From NCBI GenBank assembly GCA_963770565.1, contig CAVYQE010000011.1:576001-640000 (forward strand): DNA of 64,000 bases. The letters run 5' to 3'. Below are positions 1 through 10,212 of the stretch, one piece after another; positions within the stretch are counted from its first letter, which is position 1, and every line of letters begins with the position of its first letter. The position numbers and the translations under genes are program-made. This DNA is from an uncultured Actinomycetota bacterium (GTDB lineage Bacteria > Actinomycetota > Actinomycetes > JAFAQI01). Under the pieces are notes generated by a model that ran no database searches, was not told where the DNA came from, and saw only the letters and a list, made by a program, of their open reading frames with translations.

Positions 1-192
1 CTCGTGCCCGAGCAGGAACGGGAACTCGTCGTTGATCCCGCCCTCGCGGTAGTGCAGGTCGGTGTGGCAGACGCCGCACGCCTTGACGTCGACGAGCGCC
101 TCGCCCGGCCCCGGGTCCGGGACCACGATCGTCGTGACCTCGACCGGGTCACCCTTGCTTCGCGCGATGACGCCTTGGACCTCGGTGGGCAT
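1..192 (-). CDS. mscR: S-(hydroxymethyl)mycothiol dehydrogenase (Zn-dependent ADH), N-terminal part; runs off the window start
   Basis: Manual translation: [64 protein letters not shown]. The CHTD and GHE zinc motifs and the [16 protein letters not shown] stretch are typical of MscR/AdhE2. Not in the ORF track because the stop is outside the window. Confidence 0.85.
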   Translation of the reverse strand, partial: MPTEVQGVIARSKGDPVEVTTIVVPDPGPGEALVDVKACGVCHTDLHYREGGINDEFPFLLGHE

Positions 193-249
193 TGATCTGG
201 ATCCTCTCGTCGGGTTGGGCCGGGCCGAGCGATCGTACGCCGCGCGCGC

Positions 250-618
250 TTGCGGCGGTACTGTCCGGGGGTGGTGTCGAGCGACCCTGGCGAGCACGCG
301 GGCGGCGACGGAAGTCTCGGTGAGATTCGCCGGGTCGACCCGGCGTCGTACGACGCGGCCGCAGCGCTGCTGAAGGCGCTGGTCGCGCCGATCCGGCTGG
401 CCCTGGTCGACCTGCTCTCGGAGGGTCCGCGCTGCGTCCACGAGCTGGTCGCCGCCCTCGACGCATCGCAGCCACTGGTCTCCCAGCATCTGAAGGTCTT
501 GCGCAGCGCCGGCCTGGTCGCGACCAACCGTCGAGGCCGGGAGGTGGTCTACCGGCTCGCCGACGACCACGTCGCTCATGTCGTGCGGGACACCGTGGCG
601 CACGCCGGCGAGGTCTAG
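250..618 (+). CDS. ArsR/SmtB family metalloregulatory repressor
   Basis: [39 protein letters not shown] wHTH, then [10 protein letters not shown]. True start may be a GTG near 271. Confidence 0.85.
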   Translation: MRRYCPGVVSSDPGEHAGGDGSLGEIRRVDPASYDAAAALLKALVAPIRLALVDLLSEGPRCVHELVAALDASQPLVSQHLKVLRSAGLVATNRRGREVVYRLADDHVAHVVRDTVAHAGEV

Positions 619-704
619 GAGCAACTGACCCTAGGCCATCGGCGGGGTCGGAGCGGTGCAGCCTTCCAGCCCGTCCCGCCGAACTGAGCAGTTGCGGTAA
701 CCGA

Positions 705-773
705 CGCTCTCGATCGGTTCGTGAGCCGCTGGCGGTGCCGGGGTACCCGTAACGGCTCACGAACCACGCAGAG
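705..773 (-). repeat. ~69-bp palindromic (REP-like) element, copy A
   Basis: Stem GGTTCGTGAGCCG(716-728)...CGGCTCACGAACC(753-765). Its reverse complement aligns ungapped with 7142-7210 (56/69 identical by manual count). Confidence 0.85.
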
Positions 774-925
774 GGGAGCCGTTCTTCTACGTCGCGTCCG
801 CCACCTATCGCCGTCGTGTAATGACGGCGACAACGCAGCGGCGCACCGACAGGATGTGTCGACCGAGCGGGCGCTGGGCGTCGCCCACCGCCGGATAGTC
901 ATGCAGCTGGGCGCATAGTGTCGCT

Positions 926-969
926 GCCGTTCATACCGTTCATGCCGTTCATGCCGTTCATGCCGCTCA
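926..969. repeat. 9-bp tandem repeat (RCCGTTCAT) x ~4.9
   Basis: gccgttcat accgttcat gccgttcat gccgttcat gccgctca. Confidence 0.9.
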
Positions 970-1094
970 GCAGCGCCACGCAACTGGCCTTCTGTTCGAT
1001 TTCGGCGGGCCGGCTTCGGCTCCCGAACCCGGGTCACACGGTCCGCGGTGTGCGGCACGGGCGCGGTCGCGGCAGTAGTGGCCTCCTACGTACG

Positions 1095-1870
1095 TCAGGC
1101 ATCTCGTACCCGCAGCAGTACGCCGCCGAGCAGCAATGCGCCCGCGGCCCAGGCGGCGAGCACGCCGAGGCCCGCCCACGGACTGAGCGGCATGCCGGCG
1201 AGATTGGTGGTGGCCTCGACGGCCTGTCCGGCGGTCATCGGCCCGATCTGCTCCAGGTGCCGGTGCCAGGTCGGGGTCGCTGACCATCGAGGCGAGGATC
1301 GGTAAGAGATACAGCAGCCCGAGGACGAGGCCGGTCGCAGTTGCGGCGTCACGGACAGCGGTCGCGATGCCCAGGCCGAGCAGCCCGATGAGGACGAGGT
1401 AGAGCACCGCGCCGACGGCCGCGCGCACCGTCGTCGCATCGGTCACGTCGACCAACGCATAGCCGTGCGCCGGCGTGAGGCCGGCGCCGGGCAGCAGCAG
1501 CCGGGCAAGGAGCAGGCAACCGAGCACAGCGAGCCCCCCGGTCGCCAGCACGATGCCGCTGAGCAGCGCGGCCTTACCCGCCAGCACCGCGAGCCGTCGC
1601 GGCATCGCGAGCAGCGTGGTGCGGATCATGCCGGTGGTGTACTCGCCGGCGACGACCATCACTCCTAGCCCCGCGACGGCGACCTGGCCGACATCGATTC
1701 CGGTTAGTCCGAGGCGTACCGGATCCTGTCCGGATCCGGGGGCGACGTGCACGGTCGCGGCGACGAGCGCGCTGACCCCGACGGTGAGGCCGATCACCGT
1801 CAACGCCAGCGACGCGGGGGCCGGTCGTGGTGCGCAGCTTGGTCCACTCGGCGTGCAGCACCCGCCTCAC
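1095..1870 (-). CDS. ABC-2 type exporter permease (frameshifted in assembly)
   Basis: GTG start overlaps the upstream TGA. Motifs LHAEWTKLRT, GEYTTGMIRTTLLAMPRR..VLAGKA, C-terminal LSPWAGLGVLAAW...RVRDA. Spread over ORFs 1574..3343, 967..1803 and 1095..1439. Confidence 0.8.
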
Positions 1871-3450
1871 GCGTCGCGCCTGCGCAGCAGCCATCCGGCG
1901 GCGCCGAGCGCGAGGAGGGTCCAGCCGCACAACACCGCGAAGCCGGCCCAGGGCGCAAGCGGGTAGTACCCGTTGACCGGGAGGTAGGAGTTCGCCACCT
2001 GGTGGTAGCGGGTGAGGCTCTGCTGGACGGCGAAGCCCGCCGCGGGGGTGACCCGCAACAGCCAGCTCCCGATCGATCCGGACAGTGTGAGCGCCAAGAC
2101 GTACGGCACAACCGTTGTCGCGACGACGGCAATGACCGCAGGCGGAGCTCCGCCGGGTGAGGGTCGCCACTGCGAGTGCGAGCGCCGAGGTGACCGCGAT
2201 CAACCCGCCGATGCCCACGACCACACGGAGCTCGGTCAAACCGCTGAGCGGAAACAGCGCGTTGCCGTTCTTCGACAGCACGTGACGGCTGACGGCAGTG
2301 GCGACGACCGCGCCGATCACTGCCGGGACGAACGTCGCCGCGGCGAGGACCAGAGCTTTCGCGGCGAGGACGCGGCCGCGATGCGGCGTCGCGGTGAAGG
2401 TGGTGCGGATCAGGCCACGGCGGTACTCCGAGGTCATGAACAGCGCGCCGAGGATCGCCACCACGATCAGCGCGGCGAACGCCCCGACGAGCCCGAGTGT
2501 CGCAGGTCCACCGCTGGCGCCGTTGCCTGCGACGGCGGGGGCGATGTCGCCGGAGCCGCCGACGGTGTAGCCGGTGGCGGTGCGCTGGAAGTGCCCGCGG
2601 GCGAGGGTCTGGTAGCCCGGGCCGCCTCCGATGGTTGGTTCCGACCCAGGTGGGCCCGTGGACGGAGCGTCGACGGAGACATGGTCGAACCCGGCGGTCG
2701 CGTATGTCGAATGACCGGGTCCGAACCCGTTGTGCGAGGTGACCGGTGAGGTGACGAACAGACCGACCTGTACGGTCGCCGGCAAATCGTGCAGCCGCGC
2801 GGTGGAGACCGTCGTCCAGTGCACGCCGTCGGTGGAGTCTGACCCGGTGATGATGTCGCCGGATCGGGTCAGCCGCAGCCATCGCGGAGAGGTTGCCGAG
2901 ACCGCCCCGGGCATCCCGGCGGTGTCATGGGTGTAGTCGCTCTGCATCCGCACGCCGTTCCCGCCGGTGGCCATGACCGCGGCGTACTGCGTTCCTTGCT
3001 TCAGGCTCGGGGTGACCAGCAGGCCGGCCTTCGCCCATGTCGCCAGACCGGCGCGGCTCATCGGAGAACGGGTTGGTGCCGGCGCGCCACCGCGTTGCCT
3101 TCGGTCGAGACCGCGCCGGTCAGCGCCGTGACCCGCGTGGTGATCGTGGCGTCGCCGGTCAGCGGCTGGTGGACGAAGTAGTAGCTGTCCGCGACCGCCT
3201 CCCCATCCGGTCCGACCGGCAGCGGCGGCTCGCCGTGGCAGTTGCCGGGGGGCGGACCGGTGCACACGCCGGCGTGGATGCCCGTTGGAGGTCAGCCAGG
3301 AGAACAGTACGAGTACCAATGCGGCGAGGACCGCAGTCACCATCCAGGATCGGACGGTACGGAGCTTCGTCCACTCTGCCCTGCACCAGTTGCGGGAAGC
3401 CGGTCCGGGCGTGGCGGGCCGGCTGCATACGCCGGCACCCCGGCGCTCAT
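1867..3450 (-). CDS. ABC-2 type permease with large extracellular concanavalin-A-like (DUF1349-like) insert (frameshifted)
   Basis: EWTKLRTVRSW N-terminus, then an insert (DSYYFVHQPLTGDATITTRV, WAKAGL, PRWLRLTRSGD..TGSDSTDGVHW, VQVGLFVTS), then SEYRRGLIRTTFTATPHRGRVLAAKA and ...LLRRRDA end. Confidence 0.75.
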
Positions 3451-4390
3451 CAGGCGCCGTCGGTCGGCTCGGCGTGGAACTCCACCGCGTCGCGGGTCAG
3501 CGCGCAGGTAGGCCTCCTCGAGGCTGGCGCGATGCGCGGAGATCTCGGAGAATGTCACGAGCCTGCTGCGGCGAGCACCGCGACCATCCGCTCGGCGCTC
3601 AGCCCGGTCACGCTGAGCGCGTCGGGACCCGCAGCGGTCACGGTCGCCCCGGCGCCGGTGAGCACTGCTGGTCGCGTCGGTGGCGGCGGTCGTGCGCAGC
3701 ATCACTCGGTCGCCGGAGACGGTGGCCACGAGACGCATCGACGCGTTGTGTCGGCGAGGATCCGGCCGCGCCCGATGACGATCAGGTGGTGGGCGACGTC
3801 TTCCAGTTCGCTCATCAGGTGGCTTGAGATCGAGCACCGCGCGACCGCGCGCGGCGAGCGAGCGCAGGAAGCCGCGCATCCAGACGATGCCCTCCGGGTC
3901 CATGCCGTTGAACGGCTCGTCCATCAGCAGCACCGGCGGGTCGCCGAGCATCGCCGCAGCGATCCCCAGGCGCTGCCGCATGCCGAGGGAGTAGCCACCG
4001 GCCTTTCGCCGCGCGGCCGTCCCGAGCCCGACGAGGTCGACGACCTCGTCGACCCGGCTCGGCCGGCAAACCGTGCGAGTGCGCCAGCCACAGCAGGTGG
4101 TTGCGGCCGCTGCGGTTGGGCTGCACCGCACCCGCGTCGAGCAGCGCACCGACCTCGCACAGCGGCTCCGGAAGCTCCGCGAAGCGGCGCCTGCCGACCA
4201 GGGCGGTGCCGGCCGTCGACCGCGTCGAGGCCGAGGATCACCCGCATCGTCGTCGACTTCCCCGCGCCGTTCGGGCCCACGAACCCGGTGATCTCACCGC
4301 CGCGACACGGTGAACGACACGTCGTCCAGCGCGACGGTCGCGCCGTACCGCTTGCGCAGGCCCGCTACCTCGATGGTGGCGCGCTTCCAT
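3450..4390 (-). CDS. ABC transporter ATP-binding protein (frameshifted)
   Basis: ATG at 4390 with AAGGAG RBS. Walker [10 protein letters not shown], signature [10 protein letters not shown], Walker B LLMDEP, C-terminal ASLEEAYL. Confidence 0.9.
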
Positions 4391-4444
4391 GCGTCGATCT
4401 CCTTACCGTCCGGTGCTGATCACCGACGGTTGTACGGGACGGGC

Positions 4445-4486
4445 GGTGTCAGCACGGTGACAGACTACTGACACCACGCTGACACC
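4445..4486. promoter_or_regulatory. Putative OmpR-family response regulator binding boxes
   Basis: TGACA at 4458, 4469 and 4480 (11-bp period; CTGACACC twice) plus an inverted GGTGTCAG at 4445-4452, between the divergent ABC operon and the two-component genes. Confidence 0.6.
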
Positions 4487-4528
4487 GCGGCGCCTGGCAT
4501 CGTGGTGCGGGTCGGAGGTCGGTTGCCC

Positions 4529-5198
4529 ATGCGAGTGCTGGTGGTTGAGGACTTCGAAGTGCTCGCGCAATCGATCGCGACTGGCTTGCGGAACGAGGGC
4601 ATGGCGGTGGACGTCACCCTCGACGGGCGACAGACGCACTCGAGCATCTCGGCGTGACGCGCTACGACGTCGTGGTACTCGACCGCGACCTGCCCGGCGT
4701 GCATGGCGACGAGATCTGCCAGCAAGTGGCCGCGACCGCGACGACGTGCCGGATCCTGATGCTGACCGCATCCGGCACATTGCAGGACCGGGTTGACGGG
4801 CTCGGAACTCGGAGCGGACGACTACCTGCCGAAGCCCTTCGACTTCCCCGAGCTTGTGGCGCGGGTGCGTGCGCTGGGCCGGCGCAGCGCGCCGGCGCTG
4901 CCTCCGGTGTTGCGCGGCGGATGACGTGACGCTCGACCCGAGCCGGCGCGATCGCCGACCCGTGGCGGGCGGCGACTCGATCTGAGCCCGAAGGAGTTCG
5001 CCGTCCTTGAATACCTGCTGTCCTGCGAGGGTCGGGCCGTCTCCGCGGAGGAGCTCCTCGAGCGGGTGTGGGATGAGGACGGCGGACCCGTTCACGACGA
5101 CGGTGAAGACAACCATCCGGCGGCTGCGGGCAAAGCTCGGCGAGCCGCCGATCATCGCGACGGTGCGGGAAGCCGGCTACCGGATCGGCGAGCGGTGA
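4529..5198 (+). CDS. OmpR-family (CutR-like) response regulator (frameshifted)
   Basis: MRVLVVED..., [78 protein letters not shown], distributed over several frames. Confidence 0.9.
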
Positions 5199-6370
5199 GG
5201 AGGCTCCCCGACGCTGTCCGGGCGCTCTACCGTGCCCGGGCACACCGTGCGGGCCCGGCTCGCGATGCTCTACTCCGGCGTGTTCTTCGTCTCGGGGCTC
5301 GTACTGCTCGCGATCCCCGCAGGATTCGTCCGGGTCGGATCGACATCGCAGGCGGCAGCCGTCCCTGCCAACGGTGCGCCATCGTCACCGGGCGATGTCA
5401 GTCGCGACCTCGCAGCACAGCACCGACCTGCACTACCTCGTCGTCGGCTCGGTCGTGGCGCTGGCGGTGCTAGTCGTCGGTCTCCGCGATCCTCGGCTGG
5501 GTGCTCGCAGGCCGAGCGCTGCGGCCGTTGCGCACGATCACCGAGACCGCCCGCGACATCTCCGCCAGCAACCTGCATCGCCGGCTGGCGCTGGCCGGGC
5601 CGGACGACGAGTTCAAGGAGCTCGGGGAAACCCTCGACGAGCTCTTCGCACGGCTGGAAGGGTCGTTCGACTCGCAACGACGGTTCGTCGCCAACGCCAG
5701 TCACGAGCTGCGCACGCCGCTGACCGCCGAGCGCACGGTGCTCCAGGTGGCGCTCGCCGACCCGGGTGTCGACGTGGGCACGTTGCGCGCCGCGTGCGAG
5801 AAGGTGCTCGCTCTCGGCGAACAGCAGGAGCGCCTGATCGACGCGCTGCTCACGCTTGCGGCGACCGAGCGAGGGCTCGAGCGACGTGAGCCGTGCGAAC
5901 TGGCCGACCTCGCCGCGTCCGTGCTCGCACGTCGTCGCAGCGAGATCGACGCCCACGCCCTGCAGGTCGAGGCGACGTTCGCCTCAGCACCGGTCGCCGG
6001 CGACCGACGCCTGCTGGAGAGCCTGGTCAACAACGTTGTCGACAACGCGATCCGGCACAACCGAAGCGGCGGCCGGATCCAGATCGCGATCTCGACCGTC
6101 GACGGACACGCCAGGCTGTCACTCGCCAACACCGGAGCGGACATCCCGGCCGAAGATCTCAGCCGGCTGTTCCAGCCCTTCCAGCGCCTGGCCGCAGACC
6201 GTACCCGATCAGTAGAGGGGCATGGGCTCGGCCTCGCCATCGTGCAGGCGATCGTCGACGCGCACGGTGCGACGCTTCACGCCATCCCTCGACCGGAGGG
6301 CGGTCTCGAGGTCACGATCGACTTCGCCACTGGCCATCCTGACGTCGCGCTTCGTCAGCGTTACCCCTGA
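5195..6370 (+). CDS. HAMP-domain sensor histidine kinase (CutS-like; frameshifted 5' part)
   Basis: Two TM segments, HAMP (LRPLRTIT..DEFKELGETLD), H-box ANASHELRTPL, N-box NVVDNAIRHN, G-box GHGLGLAIV. Confidence 0.9.
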
Positions 6371-6656
6371 AGGTGGCAATCGTCACCCGGTCGTCGCAGA
6401 TCCGGCATTAGTTCACGCTCGCCGACGTTACGTCCGACCGCGTCGTGCTCAGCACCCTTGCATAACCATGCGCTGGTGACTGCCATCGACACGGCCGGAG
6501 TGCCGAAGCCGCACGGCCGTTTGCAGGCCGATAGGCCGTCGTGCTGGCGCAGTTACATGTCGCCTTGCGACGGCAGAGCGGCGACGAGGAGGTGCCGTCA
6601 TTCGACAGGTGACGACCATTGCCCGAACGATGAAAATAGCATCACTTCTGCGTCGG

Positions 6657-7097
6657 CTACCTGGCGCGTCGGCGATGGTGAACACAGCTGATCTCGGAGT
6701 CCATCGCAGCGCCGGTCTTCTCGTTCGACACGTTGACGATCATCCGGATTCGACCCTGCTCGTTGACGACTGACGGCCCGTAGCCACCAGCGCAATCGCC
6801 TGCGACCGGCGGGTTGAACACGGTGCGTACCACCTTGACGAGCAGCCCCGGGTGGACGTTCGCCTCGCCGGTCAGACCCGGGTTGCGGTTGTTCAACTCC
6901 CGGTAGGTCATGACCGTGGTGGTGACTACCGTCGGACGAGGGCGCGGTGAACTCGATGGTGCCGTCGGCGCGACCGTGCTGCCGTGCTGAGCCGCCGCAT
7001 GCGGAGCCGACCCGCCACCCGAGCAGCCGACGGACAGACTCAACGCAGCGAGGACGGCCAAGCCGCGAACCACCCCGCCCCTTGGACGCCTAGGCAT
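6657..7097 (-). CDS. Putative lipoprotein of unknown function
   Basis: Signal peptide ending SVGC, then a Ser/Pro/Thr-rich linker. C-terminus may be frameshifted or degraded. Confidence 0.55.
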   Translation of the reverse strand: MPRRPRGGVVRGLAVLAALSLSVGCSGGGSAPHAAAQHGSTVAPTAPSSSPRPRPTVVTTTVMTYRELNNRNPGLTGEANVHPGLLVKVVRTVFNPPVAGDCAGGYGPSVVNEQGRIRMIVNVSNEKTGAAMDSEISCVHHRRRAR

Positions 7098-7141
7098 ATC
7101 GACAGGTTTCCATATATTCGCAGGGCCGACCGGAACGTCGG

Positions 7142-7210
7142 CTCTGCGTGGTTCGTGAGCTGTTACGAGTAGCCCGGTACTGCTAACGGTTCACAAACCA
7201 TTCGGGAGTG
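7142..7210 (+). repeat. ~69-bp palindromic (REP-like) element, copy B (inverted relative to copy A)
   Basis: ctctgcgtGGTTCGTGAGCTGTTA...TAACGGTTCACAAACCattcgggagtg; homologous to the reverse complement of 705-773. Confidence 0.85.
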
Positions 7211-7257
7211 CGGGTTCGGCGCGGTTCGCCGGTGCGGCTCAGGAGGGCAGTCCTAGA

Positions 7258-7358
7258 GCGTGGGGCTATGACCCCACCGATGGGCCATGCGTGGGGCTAT
7301 GACCCCACCGATGGGCCATGCGTGGGGCTATGACCCCACCGATGGGCCATGCGTGGGG
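7258..7358. repeat. 31-bp palindromic tandem repeat, family 1, locus 1 (3.3 copies)
   Basis: Unit GCGTGGGGCTATGACCCCACCGATGGGCCAT, exact at 7258, 7289 and 7320, plus a partial copy at 7351. Contains the GTGGGG/CCCCAC inverted pair. Confidence 0.95.
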
Positions 7359-9223
7359 TCGAGGCTGAGCGCTCCGGTCGCGTCCTGGATCAGCTCGACC
7401 GGCAGCCGCTCCGCCGGCGGTCCGCCGATCTCACCGATCCGCAGCCACACCCCCCAGCGTCCTGGTGACCCTGGCAGTTCGGGTACTCGGGCGTCGATCG
7501 TGGCGCCGTCCGGCCTGATCTGCATGGTCGCGCGGCAGCTGACGACGCCACCGTCGGGACCGTCGAGTGGGGCGAGGATCAGGTCGGTCGGTGCCTGGTC
7601 GGACTCCGGCCCGAGCACGCCGGTGACCGGCAGGGTGATCCGGCGGTCGGCGCCGATCGATGGCGGAGCAGACCGGGCGAGAGCGATCGAGGCGCTGAGC
7701 GAGCGGACCGATTCGTCGATGTCGAGATGAAGGATGGGCGGCTGCGAGCCGGTCGTGAACGTGGCCGCGGAATGGAGGCCGGACTCACTGACCTGCACCC
7801 ACGCGCTGCTCGCCGTACTCGCTTCCGTCAGTCCGATCGGAGCGGTCCGGGACAGCCCGGCGACGGTCGTACGCAACCGGAGGCTCCAGCGGCCCGGCGT
7901 CAGTGCCGCGCCTCCCATCACGGTGGCGGGGTCGAGCTCGACCTCGCCGTGGATGCGCGGATGGCCGTCGTCGATGGCGAAGCGGAGTCCCGCAGTCGTC
8001 GACCACAGCGCCGCGTCCGCGAACGACACGGTCGCCAGGTCGAGATCGAGGTCCTCGTCGTCGGCCGAGGTGAGTCGTCGGTCAGCCGGGTCGGTGCCCG
8101 GCGCGAGCGAATGCGGGAGGAGCCAGCCGGCATCGTCGCGTTCGAGTTGTAGCGGCTGGTCGCGCCAGGACAGCCCGGCCTCGAGCGCGAGCACGAGCCG
8201 GCCGTCTCGCCACAGCGGCGGCGCGGCCGTCGCGCGCAACCGGATCGCTTCGACGCCCTCGGCGAAGGCGACCAGCCCGGCGATGTCGTTGTCGAGCAGC
8301 AGCCGTGACTGGACCCGCTGGAAGGCGGGCAAGCGATCGCGGAACTCCGGATCGAAGCGGGTGGCGGCGAGCGCCCGCACCTCGCTGACCAACTCCGCTC
8401 GATAGTCCGGCTCGTAGCTCAGCATGGCCGGGCCGCGGAGCCGTCCGAGCATCTCGTTCCGGTAGAAGCGGGACAGGACCGCCGCCCGGGTCTCGGCGGA
8501 TTCGACGGCGGCGTCGACCAGATCGAAGATGCCGGCCAGCTCCCGGTAGTAGTCGGCCGGCACGATCGGGGTGTCGCCGTGATGATGACCACTCGTACGC
8601 CGGCGCCGGTAGAGGTAGCAGACGAGGTCACCGACGATGGCCACAGACCGGGCCCGCGCATAGGCCTCGATGCACAGTCGCTGGTCCTCGATGTAGTGCG
8701 GGCCCTCGGGAAGCCGGATCCCGTGGTCAGCGAGGAAAGCGCGGCGGAACATCTTGCAGACGGTGAGGTTGAGCATCAGCGGGGAGTCGTCGAGGGTGCG
8801 GCCGGTGACAGTACGCCGGAACAGCGGTTGGTGGATCCCGCGGAAGTCGCTGGCGAGCTTGCCGATCACGATGTCGGCGGCTGAGGAGTCGGCGATCTCG
8901 AGCTGGTGCTCCAGCGCTCGCGGCGCGAGCGCGTCGTCGCTGTCGAGGAACTGGATGTAGCGACCACCAGCGGCGTCGATACCGATGTTGCGCGCCCGAC
9001 CCGGCCCGCCGCGTTCCGGCAGGTGATGGACGGTGGCCCAGCCGGAATGTCGCGCGACCCAGTCGTCGACCCGCGAGCCACTGCCGTCCGTGCTCCCGTC
9101 GTCGACCAGGACCACCTCGAACCGATCGCGGGGCAGGGTCTGATCGCGCAGTGATCCCAGGCAGTCTTCGAGATTGGGCCCCGGGTTGTAGAACGGGACA
9201 ACCACGCTGACGTCGAGAGGCAT
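7328..9223 (-). CDS. Family 2 glycosyltransferase (TarS-like, putative cell-wall polymer glycosylation)
   Basis: VSVVVPFYN, VDDGSTDGS, GPGRARNIG, FLDSDD, CKMFRRAFL, ED motif, followed by long C-terminal beta domains. Start taken at ATG 9223. The stop lies inside the 31-bp repeat. Confidence 0.9.
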   Translation of the reverse strand: MPLDVSVVVPFYNPGPNLEDCLGSLRDQTLPRDRFEVVLVDDGSTDGSGSRVDDWVARHSGWATVHHLPERGGPGRARNIGIDAAGGRYIQFLDSDDALAPRALEHQLEIADSSAADIVIGKLASDFRGIHQPLFRRTVTGRTLDDSPLMLNLTVCKMFRRAFLADHGIRLPEGPHYIEDQRLCIEAYARARSVAIVGDLVCYLYRRRRTSGHHHGDTPIVPADYYRELAGIFDLVDAAVESAETRAAVLSRFYRNEMLGRLRGPAMLSYEPDYRAELVSEVRALAATRFDPEFRDRLPAFQRVQSRLLLDNDIAGLVAFAEGVEAIRLRATAAPPLWRDGRLVLALEAGLSWRDQPLQLERDDAGWLLPHSLAPGTDPADRRLTSADDEDLDLDLATVSFADAALWSTTAGLRFAIDDGHPRIHGEVELDPATVMGGAALTPGRWSLRLRTTVAGLSRTAPIGLTEASTASSAWVQVSESGLHSAATFTTGSQPPILHLDIDESVRSLSASIALARSAPPSIGADRRITLPVTGVLGPESDQAPTDLILAPLDGPDGGVVSCRATMQIRPDGATIDARVPELPGSPGRWGVWLRIGEIGGPPAERLPVELIQDATGALSLDPTHGPSVGS

Positions 9224-9282
9224 CCGGGTCAGTCTCGCAGACCCCTCCGACGGCCCGAGCGGTTGCGGAATATGGTCCTCTG

Positions 9283-10212
9283 GTGGCCAAGCCTGCACCG
9301 CTGACGGTGGATGACCTCGAGGACTCGATCGGTGCACTCCGCCGGATTGTCGATGAGCAGGCCTATCCGCCGATCGCCATCCAACGCGGCTATCTGCGCG
9401 ACCTACACCAGTTGCTGGCGCGGGCGGCAGCCTCGGGTGCCGACGTGCCGCAAGCGAGCCTGACCGCGTCGGTCGAGATCCTCGCGAAGTGTGAGGCCGG
9501 GGTTGCGGACGGGTTGCAGCCGCGGCTGCGCACGGCCTTCCGGTTGCTGCGGGCGGGTGCGTTCGACGCGGCCTGGGCGGTCGTGGGCGAGAACGCGATC
9601 GGTGTGGTTGACGAGCCGTTTCGGGGTTCGACGGCGACCGGCGAGCAGCGGGCGCCGTCGCGTCTGCCGCTGCTGACCCGGATCGAGAGCCTGCGGGTCT
9701 TCGCGGAGCTCCCCGGGTTTCGCGACCCTCGCTTCGATGCGCCCGACGGTTGCTACGACATCACCGCGACGATCCGGGTGCGCTTCCGGCTCGATGAGGT
9801 TGAGATCACCGACGACGCGGTGAGCTTCGGCGGCTCGGCAGCACTCAACGTCTTCCCGGCCCGTGCGGATGAAGGGGTGCGGCTGATCGCCAGCGGTCGC
9901 GGTGGCGCGTTCGCGGTCGTGGGCCGTCGGTGCCGGCAGCCGGACCTACAGCCCGGGACAGCGGACCTCAACCTCCGCCGCGAGTGGGCCGGTTGGTCGG
10001 TCCGGCTCGAGCTGGCCGATCCGCGGCTCACCCCCGGGTCCTGGGGACTGGCTCTTGAGATTGCGCATGCCGGGATCGCCCGTCGAGCCCCGATGGGGGC
10101 AAATCCCCAGCCACTGGCGAGCGCCGCGATCCGCACCGTGACCCGGGCCGGCGGCCGATCGCTCGGCTGGGAGACCCGCGACAATCAGCTGCGGCTCGTC
10201 GTCGGGGAGTGA
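9283..10212 (+). CDS. Hypothetical protein resembling the non-catalytic C-terminal domains of actinobacterial TarS-like GT2 enzymes
   Basis: 309-aa ORF with FAELPGFRDPRFDAPDGCYDIT and PGSWGLALEI segments; no GT-A DxD fold recognisable. The family resemblance is from memory. Confidence 0.6.
   Translation: MAKPAPLTVDDLEDSIGALRRIVDEQAYPPIAIQRGYLRDLHQLLARAAASGADVPQASLTASVEILAKCEAGVADGLQPRLRTAFRLLRAGAFDAAWAVVGENAIGVVDEPFRGSTATGEQRAPSRLPLLTRIESLRVFAELPGFRDPRFDAPDGCYDITATIRVRFRLDEVEITDDAVSFGGSAALNVFPARADEGVRLIASGRGGAFAVVGRRCRQPDLQPGTADLNLRREWAGWSVRLELADPRLTPGSWGLALEIAHAGIARRAPMGANPQPLASAAIRTVTRAGGRSLGWETRDNQLRLVVGE

Noticed and set aside
1095-5500. Pseudogenisation or programmed frameshifting of the ABC/two-component genes (also 10650, 28300-29110, 33832)
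   Set aside because: The many single-base indels are clustered by position across unrelated genes, catalytic motifs are intact, and one lies in a G homopolymer. This best fits long-read consensus error. It cannot be fully excluded without the reads.
6371-6656. Gene or ncRNA between the kinase and the lipoprotein
   Set aside because: Short ORFs on both strands lack motifs and RBS, and I saw no strong structure. It may be a degraded tail of the lipoprotein gene.
7258-7358. CRISPR array (also considered for 23695-23756, 43222-43300 and 52685-52773)
   Set aside because: Family 1 units are head-to-tail with no unique spacers. Family 2 has only 17-bp repeats with 14-bp spacers and three units. 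No cas genes are present.
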